Assembly (NCBI GenBank): GCA_964387845.1
Contig: CAYLXA010000002.1
Coordinates: 96,001 to 160,000 of the forward strand
DNA length: 64,000 nt
From: an uncultured bacterium
Lineage (GTDB): Bacteria; Omnitrophota; Omnitrophia; Omnitrophales; Abzuiibacteriaceae
Direction: 5' to 3'
The position numbers were made by a program, and so were the translations under genes. This document shows positions 37,428-45,573 of this stretch, piece by piece. The first letter of the stretch is position 1; every line of letters begins with the position of its first letter. The notes under the pieces are model-generated. The model was not told where the DNA came from. It was given only the letters and a program-made list of their open reading frames with translations, and searched no databases.

Positions 37428-37445
37428 ATTTTCAGGAGGTTTCAG

Positions 37446-37661
37446 ATGAGACAGACAGCAAAGCTGGTCCCAAAAGCCGGCTTCTTTACGGTCAACAAGG
37501 ACCCGGTAAAATTGACGGCCCTTTTATACCTGCGGGAAGCGCTTTTGGCGGAGCAGTATGAAGAGTGCGCCGAATTTGTGCGGATCGCGGAAGAATTCGG
37601 TGCGCACGGGTTTGAAATCCAGAATTTACTGGAAGACCCGAGGCGCATGCCGAAGGCGTGA
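37446..37661 (+). CDS. small UVR-motif (UvrB/UvrC-like) domain protein, hypothetical
   Basis: 72 aa; LTALLYLREALLAEQYEECAEFVRIAEE resembles UVR motif (E.YE.AA..RD.I); RBS CAGGAGG; track start 37416 lies inside the terminator hairpin so 37446 chosen. Confidence 0.3.
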   Translation: MRQTAKLVPKAGFFTVNKDPVKLTALLYLREALLAEQYEECAEFVRIAEEFGAHGFEIQNLLEDPRRMPKA

Positions 37662-37846
37662 TTTTGGTGCCGGTGTTATGACTTTAACTAATCGCAACTT
37701 GAGATTCCTTGTTCGCCATTGGTTTTTGAAGGGGACGGGTGTGTTCGGGTTTTGTAAAATAGCGCTAGTGTTTATCGGAAGTGAACTATATAATCAAAAA
37801 CAGAAATTATTTTTTACCATTTATTCTATTGACTGCACGATGCCGT

Positions 37847-38221
37847 ATGAATCAAAAAATCGCTCTTTTCCTTTTATTGTCTGTGATTACAAGCTGTTCT
37901 GGAGGGCATGTTCTCGCTAAATGGGCGGTCGTTCAAGCGGAAGACACGTTTGCAAAAGCGTCCGATATGCGCCATGATAAGAACAAGCACGCTGGGCGCA
38001 TCCGCCTTTACGAACGTGCCTGCGCGCAGTTTGTTAAGGCTTATGAATTAGATCCGGGCGTATTTACGCTTTACCGCATTGAAAACGCAATCACCGCCTG
38101 TGCGTGGGCAGAAAACTATGCCGCAAAAGAAATCATGCAGAATTTTGAATTTGATTACATTGATCAACATCCGACCGAAGCCGAATACGGCGATGCCATG
38201 CCGCCCATAAGTTTTGAGTAA
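37847..38221 (+). CDS. hypothetical lipoprotein
   Basis: Signal peptide MNQKIALFLLLSVITSCSG with lipobox-like LSVITSC... Cys; start at internal ATG 37847. Confidence 0.4.
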   Translation: MNQKIALFLLLSVITSCSGGHVLAKWAVVQAEDTFAKASDMRHDKNKHAGRIRLYERACAQFVKAYELDPGVFTLYRIENAITACAWAENYAAKEIMQNFEFDYIDQHPTEAEYGDAMPPISFE

Positions 38222-38223
38222 TT

Positions 38224-38916
38224 ATGCCGCCAACGACTCAGAAAAACTTCAAATTATCACCCTCAACGCTAAATTTATTTCTAGACTGTCCAAGGTGTTT
38301 TTGGCTCGAGAAAGTGAAGGGGATCAAGCGGCCGCGCGGCATTTTTCCGTCGCTTCCGGGCGGCATGGACCGCGAAATCAAAAATCATTTTGATATTTTC
38401 CGCGCAAAAAAGAAACTCCCGCCGGAATTGTCATCACCGGTTTTTACGGGCATAAACCTTTTTGATGCTCAAAAACAGCTCGACTTGTGGCGCAATTGGC
38501 GCACCGGTTTGGAATATCATGACGAAGGCGGTAATGTGTTGAGCGGTGCGCTCGATGATCTGCTCGTCCAAGGCGATCTCTACATTCCGTTTGATTACAA
38601 AACGAAAGGCTCGCCGACGACCGAAGAAGATGCGGTCAAATATTATCAAAATCAATTAGACTGTTACACGCTCATGCTGGAAGCCAATGGAATGAAAAGT
38701 GCCGGATTCGGAATTCTTTTGTATTATTCGCCAAAATTAGTTTCAGAAAACGGAAGTGTTGCATTTCAAACACAACCGATTAAAATAGAAACAAAGTCGG
38801 AGCGCGCCAAATCAACCTTTGCGCGCGCCCTTAATTTAGTGAAAGGTCCAATCCCTTCGGTTAATTTTAATTGCGAGTACTGCACCTGGAACAACAAGCT
38901 GCGTGCCGCCAACTGA
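38224..38916 (+). CDS. PD-(D/E)XK nuclease with Cys4 cluster (Cas4/AddB-nuclease-domain-like), standalone
   Basis: N-terminal SPSTLNLFLDCPRCFWL (Cas4-type start with CxxC), core GDLYIPFDYKTKG (D...D/ExK), C-terminal CEYCTW; 3-nt gap to upstream gene. Confidence 0.45.
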   Translation: MPPTTQKNFKLSPSTLNLFLDCPRCFWLEKVKGIKRPRGIFPSLPGGMDREIKNHFDIFRAKKKLPPELSSPVFTGINLFDAQKQLDLWRNWRTGLEYHDEGGNVLSGALDDLLVQGDLYIPFDYKTKGSPTTEEDAVKYYQNQLDCYTLMLEANGMKSAGFGILLYYSPKLVSENGSVAFQTQPIKIETKSERAKSTFARALNLVKGPIPSVNFNCEYCTWNNKLRAAN

Positions 38917-38929
38917 GTAAAGGTGTTTT

Positions 38930-39742
38930 ATGAAACCCAATTTTGTTCCGTTTATTATTGCATTCATTGTCATCACATTTATCGCTTCGGGCTGCTCGGT
39001 CAAAGTGATCGAGGACGGCGAAGCGGGCGTCAAGGCAACTCTCGGAAAAATCGAAGACAAGCCACTGGGGCCGGGGTGGTACATTTTCTTTCCGATTGTT
39101 TCTTGGATTGAAAAATGGAACGTAAAAACACAAGAAATAAAAGAAACCGCCAGCGTTCCTTCATCGGAAGGCCTCATTTCCACGCTGGACGTTTCGGTGC
39201 TTTACAATACATCGATTGATAAGGTCGTGTCTGTCCGCACAACAACAGGCTACAATTATAAAGAAATCATCTTGGAGCCCTTTGTCCGCGAGTCAATCCG
39301 CAATGTCGTGAGCGGCTATGAAGTGAAAGCGCTTTTTAGCGAAAAAAGCAGGAAGGAAATCGGAGAAAAAATTCTTCAGTTTCTGAGAGAAAAATTAGAA
39401 AGCCGCGGCATCACGGTCCAGGACGTTCTGTTGCGTGATGTGCGCCTGCCGCAAGCGTTTAGCCAAAGCATCGAAATCAAGCTCAAAACCGAGCAAGAGG
39501 CCCTTCAAAAGGAATTTGAGCTGCAAAAAGCCAAGAAAGACGCTGAAATTGAAGTTGCGCGCGCAGAAGGCGTTGCCAAAAGCAACCGAATCATTGCCGA
39601 CAGCATCAATGAAAACTATCTTCGGTATAAATGGATTCAAGGCCTTCAAAACACGAGCTCTCAAGTGGTTTATGTGCCGACCGAAGCAAACCTTCCGATT
39701 TTAGAGGCAAATCGGTGGAAAGCCGCGGCTGAAAAGAAATAA
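38930..39742 (+). CDS. SPFH/Band-7 (prohibitin/HflKC-like) domain lipoprotein
   Basis: Signal peptide + IASGCS lipobox; SPFH core and coiled-coil region (EIKLKTEQEALQKEFELQKAKKDAEIEVARAEG). Confidence 0.65.
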   Translation: MKPNFVPFIIAFIVITFIASGCSVKVIEDGEAGVKATLGKIEDKPLGPGWYIFFPIVSWIEKWNVKTQEIKETASVPSSEGLISTLDVSVLYNTSIDKVVSVRTTTGYNYKEIILEPFVRESIRNVVSGYEVKALFSEKSRKEIGEKILQFLREKLESRGITVQDVLLRDVRLPQAFSQSIEIKLKTEQEALQKEFELQKAKKDAEIEVARAEGVAKSNRIIADSINENYLRYKWIQGLQNTSSQVVYVPTEANLPILEANRWKAAAEKK

Positions 39743-39747
39743 TATCA

Positions 39748-40302
39748 ATGAACAAAAAAGCTTTGGTGATACTGGCAAATGGTTGCGAAGAAATCGAAGC
39801 CGTTACTCCGATCGACGTCCTGCGCCGTGCAGGCGTTGAAGTAACGGTTGCAGGCCTGGATAGCAAGGTCATTACGGGCGCTCAAGGTATTAAATTCGAG
39901 ACAGATTTATTGTTGAAAGATTACAAAGTAACGCCGGATGCCATTATTTTACCCGGCGGTGCCCAGGGTGCGCGGAATTTAAGCCAATCCAAAGAAGTTT
40001 TGGAAGTCGTAAAATACTTGCACGATCAAAAGCGGCTCGTGGCTGCCATTTGCGCGTCTCCGGCTGTTGCATTATCGCCGACTGGGATTTTGGCAAACCG
40101 CCAGGCCACTTGCTATCCCGGCTTCGAGAAGGAATTCCCGAGAAATGTTATTTTTAAAGAAGACCGCGTCGTGATTGATCAAAATATCATTACGAGCCGC
40201 GGCCCCGGATCAGCGCTTGAGTTTGCACTTAAAATTGTCGAAGAATTGGTATCCAAAGAAAAGGCGCAGACACTCAGGGAAGGGATGCTTGTGAAGGTAT
40301 GA
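39748..40302 (+). CDS. DJ-1/PfpI-family protein (ThiJ/YajL-like)
   Basis: KALVILANGCEEIEA, nucleophile elbow VAAICASPAV, ITSRGPGSALEF. Confidence 0.8.
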   Translation: MNKKALVILANGCEEIEAVTPIDVLRRAGVEVTVAGLDSKVITGAQGIKFETDLLLKDYKVTPDAIILPGGAQGARNLSQSKEVLEVVKYLHDQKRLVAAICASPAVALSPTGILANRQATCYPGFEKEFPRNVIFKEDRVVIDQNIITSRGPGSALEFALKIVEELVSKEKAQTLREGMLVKV

Positions 40303-40421
40303 TTACCGAGAGCAAATGTCCGGCCTGCAATTCGGAGTTGGTGATAAAAAAAGCAAAATTCATCTGCTCGGTCTGTCATTTAATTGTTGAAACTTGCTGC
40401 GACGGCGGAAAGTGTGATTAA
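40299..40421 (+). CDS. 40-aa zinc-ribbon micro-protein (not in ORF track)
   Basis: MITESKCPACNSELVIKKAKFICSVCHLIVETCCDGGKCD: CPxC...CxxC ribbon plus CC..C tail; ATGA overlap with DJ-1 stop and TAATG overlap with next gene start. Confidence 0.4.
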   Translation: MITESKCPACNSELVIKKAKFICSVCHLIVETCCDGGKCD

Positions 40422-40690
40422 TGGCTAAATTTTTTGACCGGCACTTCAAAACAGCGCTTGTGGTCCTTGCCGCGGTTTTTCTGTGGATTTATTACGTAAG
40501 CAGCCAAAACGGGCGTTATCAGGTAGAGCGCTACGATACGGATATTCATATTTTTGACACTCAGCGCGGCATTTACTATAAAACCACTTCCAGCGGTTCT
40601 GTTGATGTCATCGATCCGATCGGCGGGTCTGTTAAGTTCAAAAAACTTCCCTTTATGATTAAAGAGCGGAAATTCATTGCCCGCGAATAG
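40421..40690 (+). CDS. hypothetical small membrane-anchored protein
   Basis: 89 aa, N-terminal TM helix ALVVLAAVFLWIYYV; translationally coupled to zinc-ribbon ORF. Confidence 0.35.
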   Translation: MAKFFDRHFKTALVVLAAVFLWIYYVSSQNGRYQVERYDTDIHIFDTQRGIYYKTTSSGSVDVIDPIGGSVKFKKLPFMIKERKFIARE

Positions 40691-40746
40691 TTTGATAAAC
40701 CCCCTGGAAAGCCCTCTTTTTATCTGACCCAAATCCTCCGAACGGC

Positions 40747-40775
40747 TTGTAACTTCGCGCAGTCAGCGCTATAAT
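40747..40775 (+). promoter_or_regulatory. sigma70-like promoter TTGTAA-N17-TATAAT upstream of glgB
   Basis: TTGTAA 40747-40752, TATAAT 40770-40775; RBS AGAGAGGGA before ATG 40816. Confidence 0.45.
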
Positions 40776-40815
40776 AAAAGCCTTTTCCTAACTATAATCA
40801 AGAGAGGGACTTGGG

Positions 40816-43062
40816 ATGGCAGTAAAAAAATCACTGCAAAAAACCTCGCACCTGTCCAACGAACGCGATAAACGCATCGAACTCATCGCGCGATTCGAAG
40901 ACGATCAACCGGCGCTTACTTTAGGAGCCCATCTTTTATCCGATCCCGATAAAAGAATCATTATCAGCGCTTATTTGCCGCGCGCTGCCGAAGCTTGGGT
41001 AAAACCGCTCAACGGCAAACAAAAAAAGCAGCCGATGAAAAAAATTCATCCCTCCGGGCTGTTTCAAACCGTTTATACCGATGAAAAGAGCTTGTTTCCG
41101 TATCGTTTCGAATCCGTTGATGATTCCGGTTATCGCACGGAATTTGATGATCCGTATGTCTATTCAACCGATATTACGGACTATGATCTGCATTTGATGG
41201 GTGAGGGAAACCATTTCAAAAGCTATGAAAAGTTGGGCGCAAGAGTCAAAACATTCAACGGAGTAAGCGGCGTTCATTTTTCCGTCTGGGCACCGAATGC
41301 CAAAAGCGTTAGCGTTATCGGCAACTTTAATCATTGGCAGCCGGGCGTGCACCCGATGAATCGACTGCAATCCAGCGGTGTCTGGGCATTATTTATTCCC
41401 GGGCTTAAATCCGGAGAAGTCTATAAATATGCGATTAAATCCTGGGTGGATGGTAAAATTCGGGAAAAATCAGACCCCTACGCATTTCAAACCGAACTCA
41501 GGCCGCGCTCGGCTTCAGTGGTCCCCTCAACAATTCCATACAACTGGCACGACTCCGGCTGGCTTAAAGAACGTGCGCAAACCGATATTTTCCGCAAGCC
41601 AATCGCAATTTACGAAGTGCATCTGGGCTCTTGGAAACGTGACGAAAAGAAAAATTGTGGGTTTCTGAATTACAGAGAGCTGGCGCACCAGTTGGTGGAA
41701 TATGTGAAGTGGATGGGATATACCCATATCGAATTATTGCCGATCGCGGAACATCCGCTCGATGAATCGTGGGGCTATCAGGTCATTAATTATTTTGCAC
41801 CGACCAGCCGGTTCGGAACGCCGGATGATTTTCGTTACTTTATTGATCATTGCCATCAAAACCAAATCGGCATCATTTTAGATTGGGTACCCGCACATTT
41901 TCCGAAAGATGATCATGGGCTTGCCGATTTCGACGGAAAACAAATTTACGCATATGAAAATTGGAAAAAGGGCGAACACAAAGAATGGGGAACTTACGTT
42001 TTTGACTACGGGCGCAACGAAGTCCGGAACTTTTTAATCTCGAACGCTCTTTTCTGGCTCAGCGAGTATCACATTGACGGGCTCCGGATTGATGCGGTTG
42101 CTTCAATGCTTTACTTGGATTATTCGCGCGCAGAAGGAGAATGGGAACCAAATGAGCACGGCGGCAGGGACAATCCCGAGGCGGTACAATTCCTCAAGCA
42201 ATTAAATGAAGTGGTGCATTCAAATTATCCCGGCGTTTTGACCATCGCCGAAGAATCAACCGCGTGGCCCGCAGTTTCCAGGCCGACCTATATGAATGGC
42301 CTTGGCTTCAGCATGAAATGGAACATGGGTTGGATGCACGACATGCTGGACTACTTTTCAAAAGAACCGGTTCACCGGAAATTCCATCAAAACATGCTTA
42401 CATTTTCAATGCTCTATGCATTCACAGAAAATTTTATCCTTCCGATTTCGCATGATGAGGTTGTGTATGGAAAGCGTTCTCTTTTTGAAAAAATGCCTGG
42501 CGATGACTGGCAGAAATTTGCAAATACACGGCTCTTTTTGGCTTACATGTACGCACATCCGGGTAAAAAACTGCTGTTTATGAGCAGTGATTTTGGCCAG
42601 CGATCTGAATGGGATGCGTCGCGATCTATTGACTGGCACTTCATGGACTACGAACCGCACAGACGGCTGAGCCAGTGCGTGCGTGATTTAAATCAAATTT
42701 ACAAAAACCACCGGGCGCTCTACGAAGTTGATTTTGACTGGCCCGGTTTCGAGTGGATCGATTTTTCAGATGCTGATACCAGTTTGATTAGTTTTGCGCG
42801 ATGGTCGCTGGATAAAAAGCAACTCGTCATTTGCGCATTTAATATGACACCCGTGCCGCGCATGCAATACCGAGTCGGGGTTCCGCGAGATGGATACTAT
42901 CAGGAAATTTTTAACAGTGATGCAAAAGAATACGGCGGCAGCGGAATTGGTAATTGCGGCGGGTTTCATTCCGAGAGCATCCCGTGGCACGGCCAGTCAC
43001 ACTCGCTTCATTTAAATCTACCGCCTTTAGGCGCCGTTATATTTTGCTTAAACCAAACGTAA
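40816..43062 (+). CDS. glgB: 1,4-alpha-glucan branching enzyme (GH13)
   Basis: N-terminal CBM48-like region (HFSVWAPNAKSVSVIGNFNHW), GH13 catalytic motifs (DGLRIDAVASMLY, TIAEESTAWP, FILPISHDEVV). Confidence 0.92.
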   Translation: MAVKKSLQKTSHLSNERDKRIELIARFEDDQPALTLGAHLLSDPDKRIIISAYLPRAAEAWVKPLNGKQKKQPMKKIHPSGLFQTVYTDEKSLFPYRFESVDDSGYRTEFDDPYVYSTDITDYDLHLMGEGNHFKSYEKLGARVKTFNGVSGVHFSVWAPNAKSVSVIGNFNHWQPGVHPMNRLQSSGVWALFIPGLKSGEVYKYAIKSWVDGKIREKSDPYAFQTELRPRSASVVPSTIPYNWHDSGWLKERAQTDIFRKPIAIYEVHLGSWKRDEKKNCGFLNYRELAHQLVEYVKWMGYTHIELLPIAEHPLDESWGYQVINYFAPTSRFGTPDDFRYFIDHCHQNQIGIILDWVPAHFPKDDHGLADFDGKQIYAYENWKKGEHKEWGTYVFDYGRNEVRNFLISNALFWLSEYHIDGLRIDAVASMLYLDYSRAEGEWEPNEHGGRDNPEAVQFLKQLNEVVHSNYPGVLTIAEESTAWPAVSRPTYMNGLGFSMKWNMGWMHDMLDYFSKEPVHRKFHQNMLTFSMLYAFTENFILPISHDEVVYGKRSLFEKMPGDDWQKFANTRLFLAYMYAHPGKKLLFMSSDFGQRSEWDASRSIDWHFMDYEPHRRLSQCVRDLNQIYKNHRALYEVDFDWPGFEWIDFSDADTSLISFARWSLDKKQLVICAFNMTPVPRMQYRVGVPRDGYYQEIFNSDAKEYGGSGIGNCGGFHSESIPWHGQSHSLHLNLPPLGAVIFCLNQT

Positions 43063-43077
43063 ATTGAGCGGAGCCGT

Positions 43078-45573
43078 ATGTCAAAAAATGTTTTTATTGC
43101 AGTTCATGGACATTTTTACCAACCGCCGCGGGAAAACCCTTGGCTGGAAGAGATCGAGGCGCAGGATACGGCAGCTCCGTTTCATGATTGGAATGAGCGG
43201 ATTTATCATGAGTGCTATTTGCCCAATGCTACTGCGCGCGTTCTGGATGAGCATGGGAAAATCATCGATATCGTAAACAATTACGAATCGATCAGCTTTA
43301 ATTTTGGCCCGACACTCCTGACTTGGCTCCAGCACAAACATCCTGAAATTTATCAAAGAATAATTGAAGCCGACAAAAAGAGCTTGTCAGCCCAAAACGG
43401 CCATGGCAATGCAATTGCGCAAGCCTATAGCCACCTCATTATGCCGCTCGCTAATACAAGGGATAAAGAAACGCAGGTGCGGTGGGGGATTGAAGAATTC
43501 AAATTCCGGTTTAATCGAGCGCCAGAATCTATGTGGCTTCCGGAAACGGCCTGCAATGAGCAAACGCTTGAGGTTTTGGTTGCTCACGGCATCCGGTTTA
43601 TCATCCTAGAACCCAATCAAGCAGAAGCTGTCCGGCCGCTGGGCCATCATGATTGGCAGGATGTTTCATCCGGTACAATTGACCCGAAACACCCATACCG
43701 GTGTTTTCTAAAGAATAATCCTCACCAATTCATCGATATTTTCTTTTATGATGGCCCGATCTCAAAAGATATTGGTTTTGCAAATTTGGCTTTTGATGCA
43801 AAAATTTTTGTAGATCGCTTGATCCACTCGATCGATCACCACAACACTCAAAACCAAATTATTCATACGGCAACGGATGGTGAAACTTACGGTCATCACA
43901 AGGCATTTGGTGAGCGGGCGCTGGCGTATTTATTGCAAAGGGAAATTCACAATCATAACATTCAGCTCACCAATTACGGCGAATACCTGTCCAAAAATCT
44001 GCCGCAACACGAAGTGAAGTTAAAAGAAGGAATTAACGGGCTCGGTACCAGCTGGAGCTGTGCGCATGGCGTGGGCCGTTGGATGGAAAATTGCGGATGC
44101 CGCGGCGGCGGGCCCGCGTCTTGGACGCAGCATTGGCGCAAACCGCTTCGGGAAGCGTTGGACTGGCTGCGCGATGAACTGTCAAAAGTTTATGAAGAGT
44201 TTGGCGGTAAATATTTGAAGAATCCCTGGGAAGCGCGCAATCAATATATCCGCGTCGTGCTCGACCGCAGCGATCAAAATGTCAAAAATTTCTTATCGGA
44301 GCAGGCGCATTCGCTTAATGATATCCCGGCCTGCTTGAAACTGCTTGAGATGCAGCGCCATGCAATGCAGATGTATACCAGTTGCGGCTGGTTTTTTACG
44401 GAACTTTCCGGAATTGAAACCGTTCAAATCATGCAATATGCAGCGCGAGCCATTCAGCTTGCCCGCGAATTGACCGGAAAATCTCTCGAGGAAGAATTTG
44501 TGGAACGGCTTTTCCATGCCAAAAGCAACGTAGCGGAATTTAAAGACGGACGGGGTGTTTATGAAAAACTAATCCGGCCGAAAGAGATCACGCTAAATCA
44601 TATTGCGGCTTATTACGCAATCACGTCGCTTTTTGACGACGACGAGACGCACCGCGATGAAGTCGACCTTTATTGCTTCAAGCTTAAAATTCATCATTAT
44701 CACAGCGAATCGTTCGGTAATTTAAAACTGACCTACGGCCGCGCTTCAGTCAAATCTCAACTGACCTGGGAAGAAAAAGATCTGGCCTTTACCGTTTTGC
44801 AGTTTGGGCTTTACGATTTCCGGTGTTGCGTCAAAGATTTCACCGAAGAACAAAAATTCGAATCGGAAGGGAGGGTCCTGTCAGAGGCCCTCCATTCACT
44901 TGATTTGGTGGGATTGCTCCGGAAAATCGATTCCTTTTTCGGCGATGTTAATTTTTCGCTCCGCGATTTGCCTTATCCCGAGCGGCACAAAATCGTTTCA
45001 ACGCTGTCTAAAGAGGCCATCGAAAAAATCAGCGCTGCTTACGAAACGCTTTATGCAGAAAACAGTAAAATGAATAAAATTTACCGAGACATCAACTTGC
45101 CGATTCCGGCCGAGATACGCTTTGCCGTTCAGCACACACTCGGGAAGCAGTTGGAATTACAGCTTAAGAAATTATCCGCTGCCGGTTTTCAGGCTAAAAA
45201 AGCCCAAAGCGTTTCACGCACCATCGAAACAGCAAGATCTCTGGGCGTTGAAATTAAAACGGAAGCGATCACGCACATGCTCAGCCACGAACTCGCTCAG
45301 AAAGCGCGGCTATTGGCGGTTGAAATGAAGGCTGAGTTTATCTCCGAATGCCTTTATATTTTGCGGATTGCGAAAAAATTGGGCACAGAATTGGAAATCC
45401 GGGAGGCGCAGGATTATTTGTTTAATTTCCTCCAAAAATCAAAACAAGGCGTCAATGCTGCGGCTGAAATCATTAATAACCCGGCGAATCATCTCGCTCA
45501 ATTGGTGACCAATTTAAACATGCATCCTCATTTAATTCCGAAGTCAGCCTCAAAACAGGAGCAGGCGTGTTGA
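43078..45573 (+). CDS. glycoside hydrolase family 57 alpha-glucan-active enzyme with ~300-aa C-terminal extension
   Basis: GH57 N-terminal signature VHGHFYQPPRENPW; catalytic-region WLPETA and TDGETYGHH; 831 aa versus ~500 for core GH57. Confidence 0.7.
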   Translation: MSKNVFIAVHGHFYQPPRENPWLEEIEAQDTAAPFHDWNERIYHECYLPNATARVLDEHGKIIDIVNNYESISFNFGPTLLTWLQHKHPEIYQRIIEADKKSLSAQNGHGNAIAQAYSHLIMPLANTRDKETQVRWGIEEFKFRFNRAPESMWLPETACNEQTLEVLVAHGIRFIILEPNQAEAVRPLGHHDWQDVSSGTIDPKHPYRCFLKNNPHQFIDIFFYDGPISKDIGFANLAFDAKIFVDRLIHSIDHHNTQNQIIHTATDGETYGHHKAFGERALAYLLQREIHNHNIQLTNYGEYLSKNLPQHEVKLKEGINGLGTSWSCAHGVGRWMENCGCRGGGPASWTQHWRKPLREALDWLRDELSKVYEEFGGKYLKNPWEARNQYIRVVLDRSDQNVKNFLSEQAHSLNDIPACLKLLEMQRHAMQMYTSCGWFFTELSGIETVQIMQYAARAIQLARELTGKSLEEEFVERLFHAKSNVAEFKDGRGVYEKLIRPKEITLNHIAAYYAITSLFDDDETHRDEVDLYCFKLKIHHYHSESFGNLKLTYGRASVKSQLTWEEKDLAFTVLQFGLYDFRCCVKDFTEEQKFESEGRVLSEALHSLDLVGLLRKIDSFFGDVNFSLRDLPYPERHKIVSTLSKEAIEKISAAYETLYAENSKMNKIYRDINLPIPAEIRFAVQHTLGKQLELQLKKLSAAGFQAKKAQSVSRTIETARSLGVEIKTEAITHMLSHELAQKARLLAVEMKAEFISECLYILRIAKKLGTELEIREAQDYLFNFLQKSKQGVNAAAEIINNPANHLAQLVTNLNMHPHLIPKSASKQEQAC

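Larger units (their letters stand above)
37193..37428 (+). ncRNA. candidate small RNA (~235 nt; possibly 6S/SsrS-like) OR leadered mRNA of a 49-aa micro-protein
   Basis: Bounded by strong promoter and intrinsic terminator; hairpins ACACT-N8-AGTGT, GTGG-N11-CCAC, GCTTGAA-GGAGG-TTCAAGC(37328-37346)+GTTAC resembling 6S 3'-side hairpin; no ORF >=60 aa. Confidence 0.3.

Noticed and set aside
37193-37428. SRP RNA, tRNA, tmRNA or RNase P RNA in the 300-nt non-coding gap
   Set aside because: No GGAAGG(A)AGCAGCC SRP helix-8 motif. No GTTCGAATC T-loop or cloverleaf arms. Too short and lacks P4 consensus for RNase P. No tag-peptide ORF or CCA end for tmRNA. Kept only as generic sRNA/6S-like candidate.
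37416-37445. ORF-track start at 37416 for the small UVR protein
   Set aside because: ATG 37416 lies inside the terminator hairpin/T-run (tcATGggttttttt). The downstream ATG 37446 has a CAGGAGG RBS, so the start was moved.
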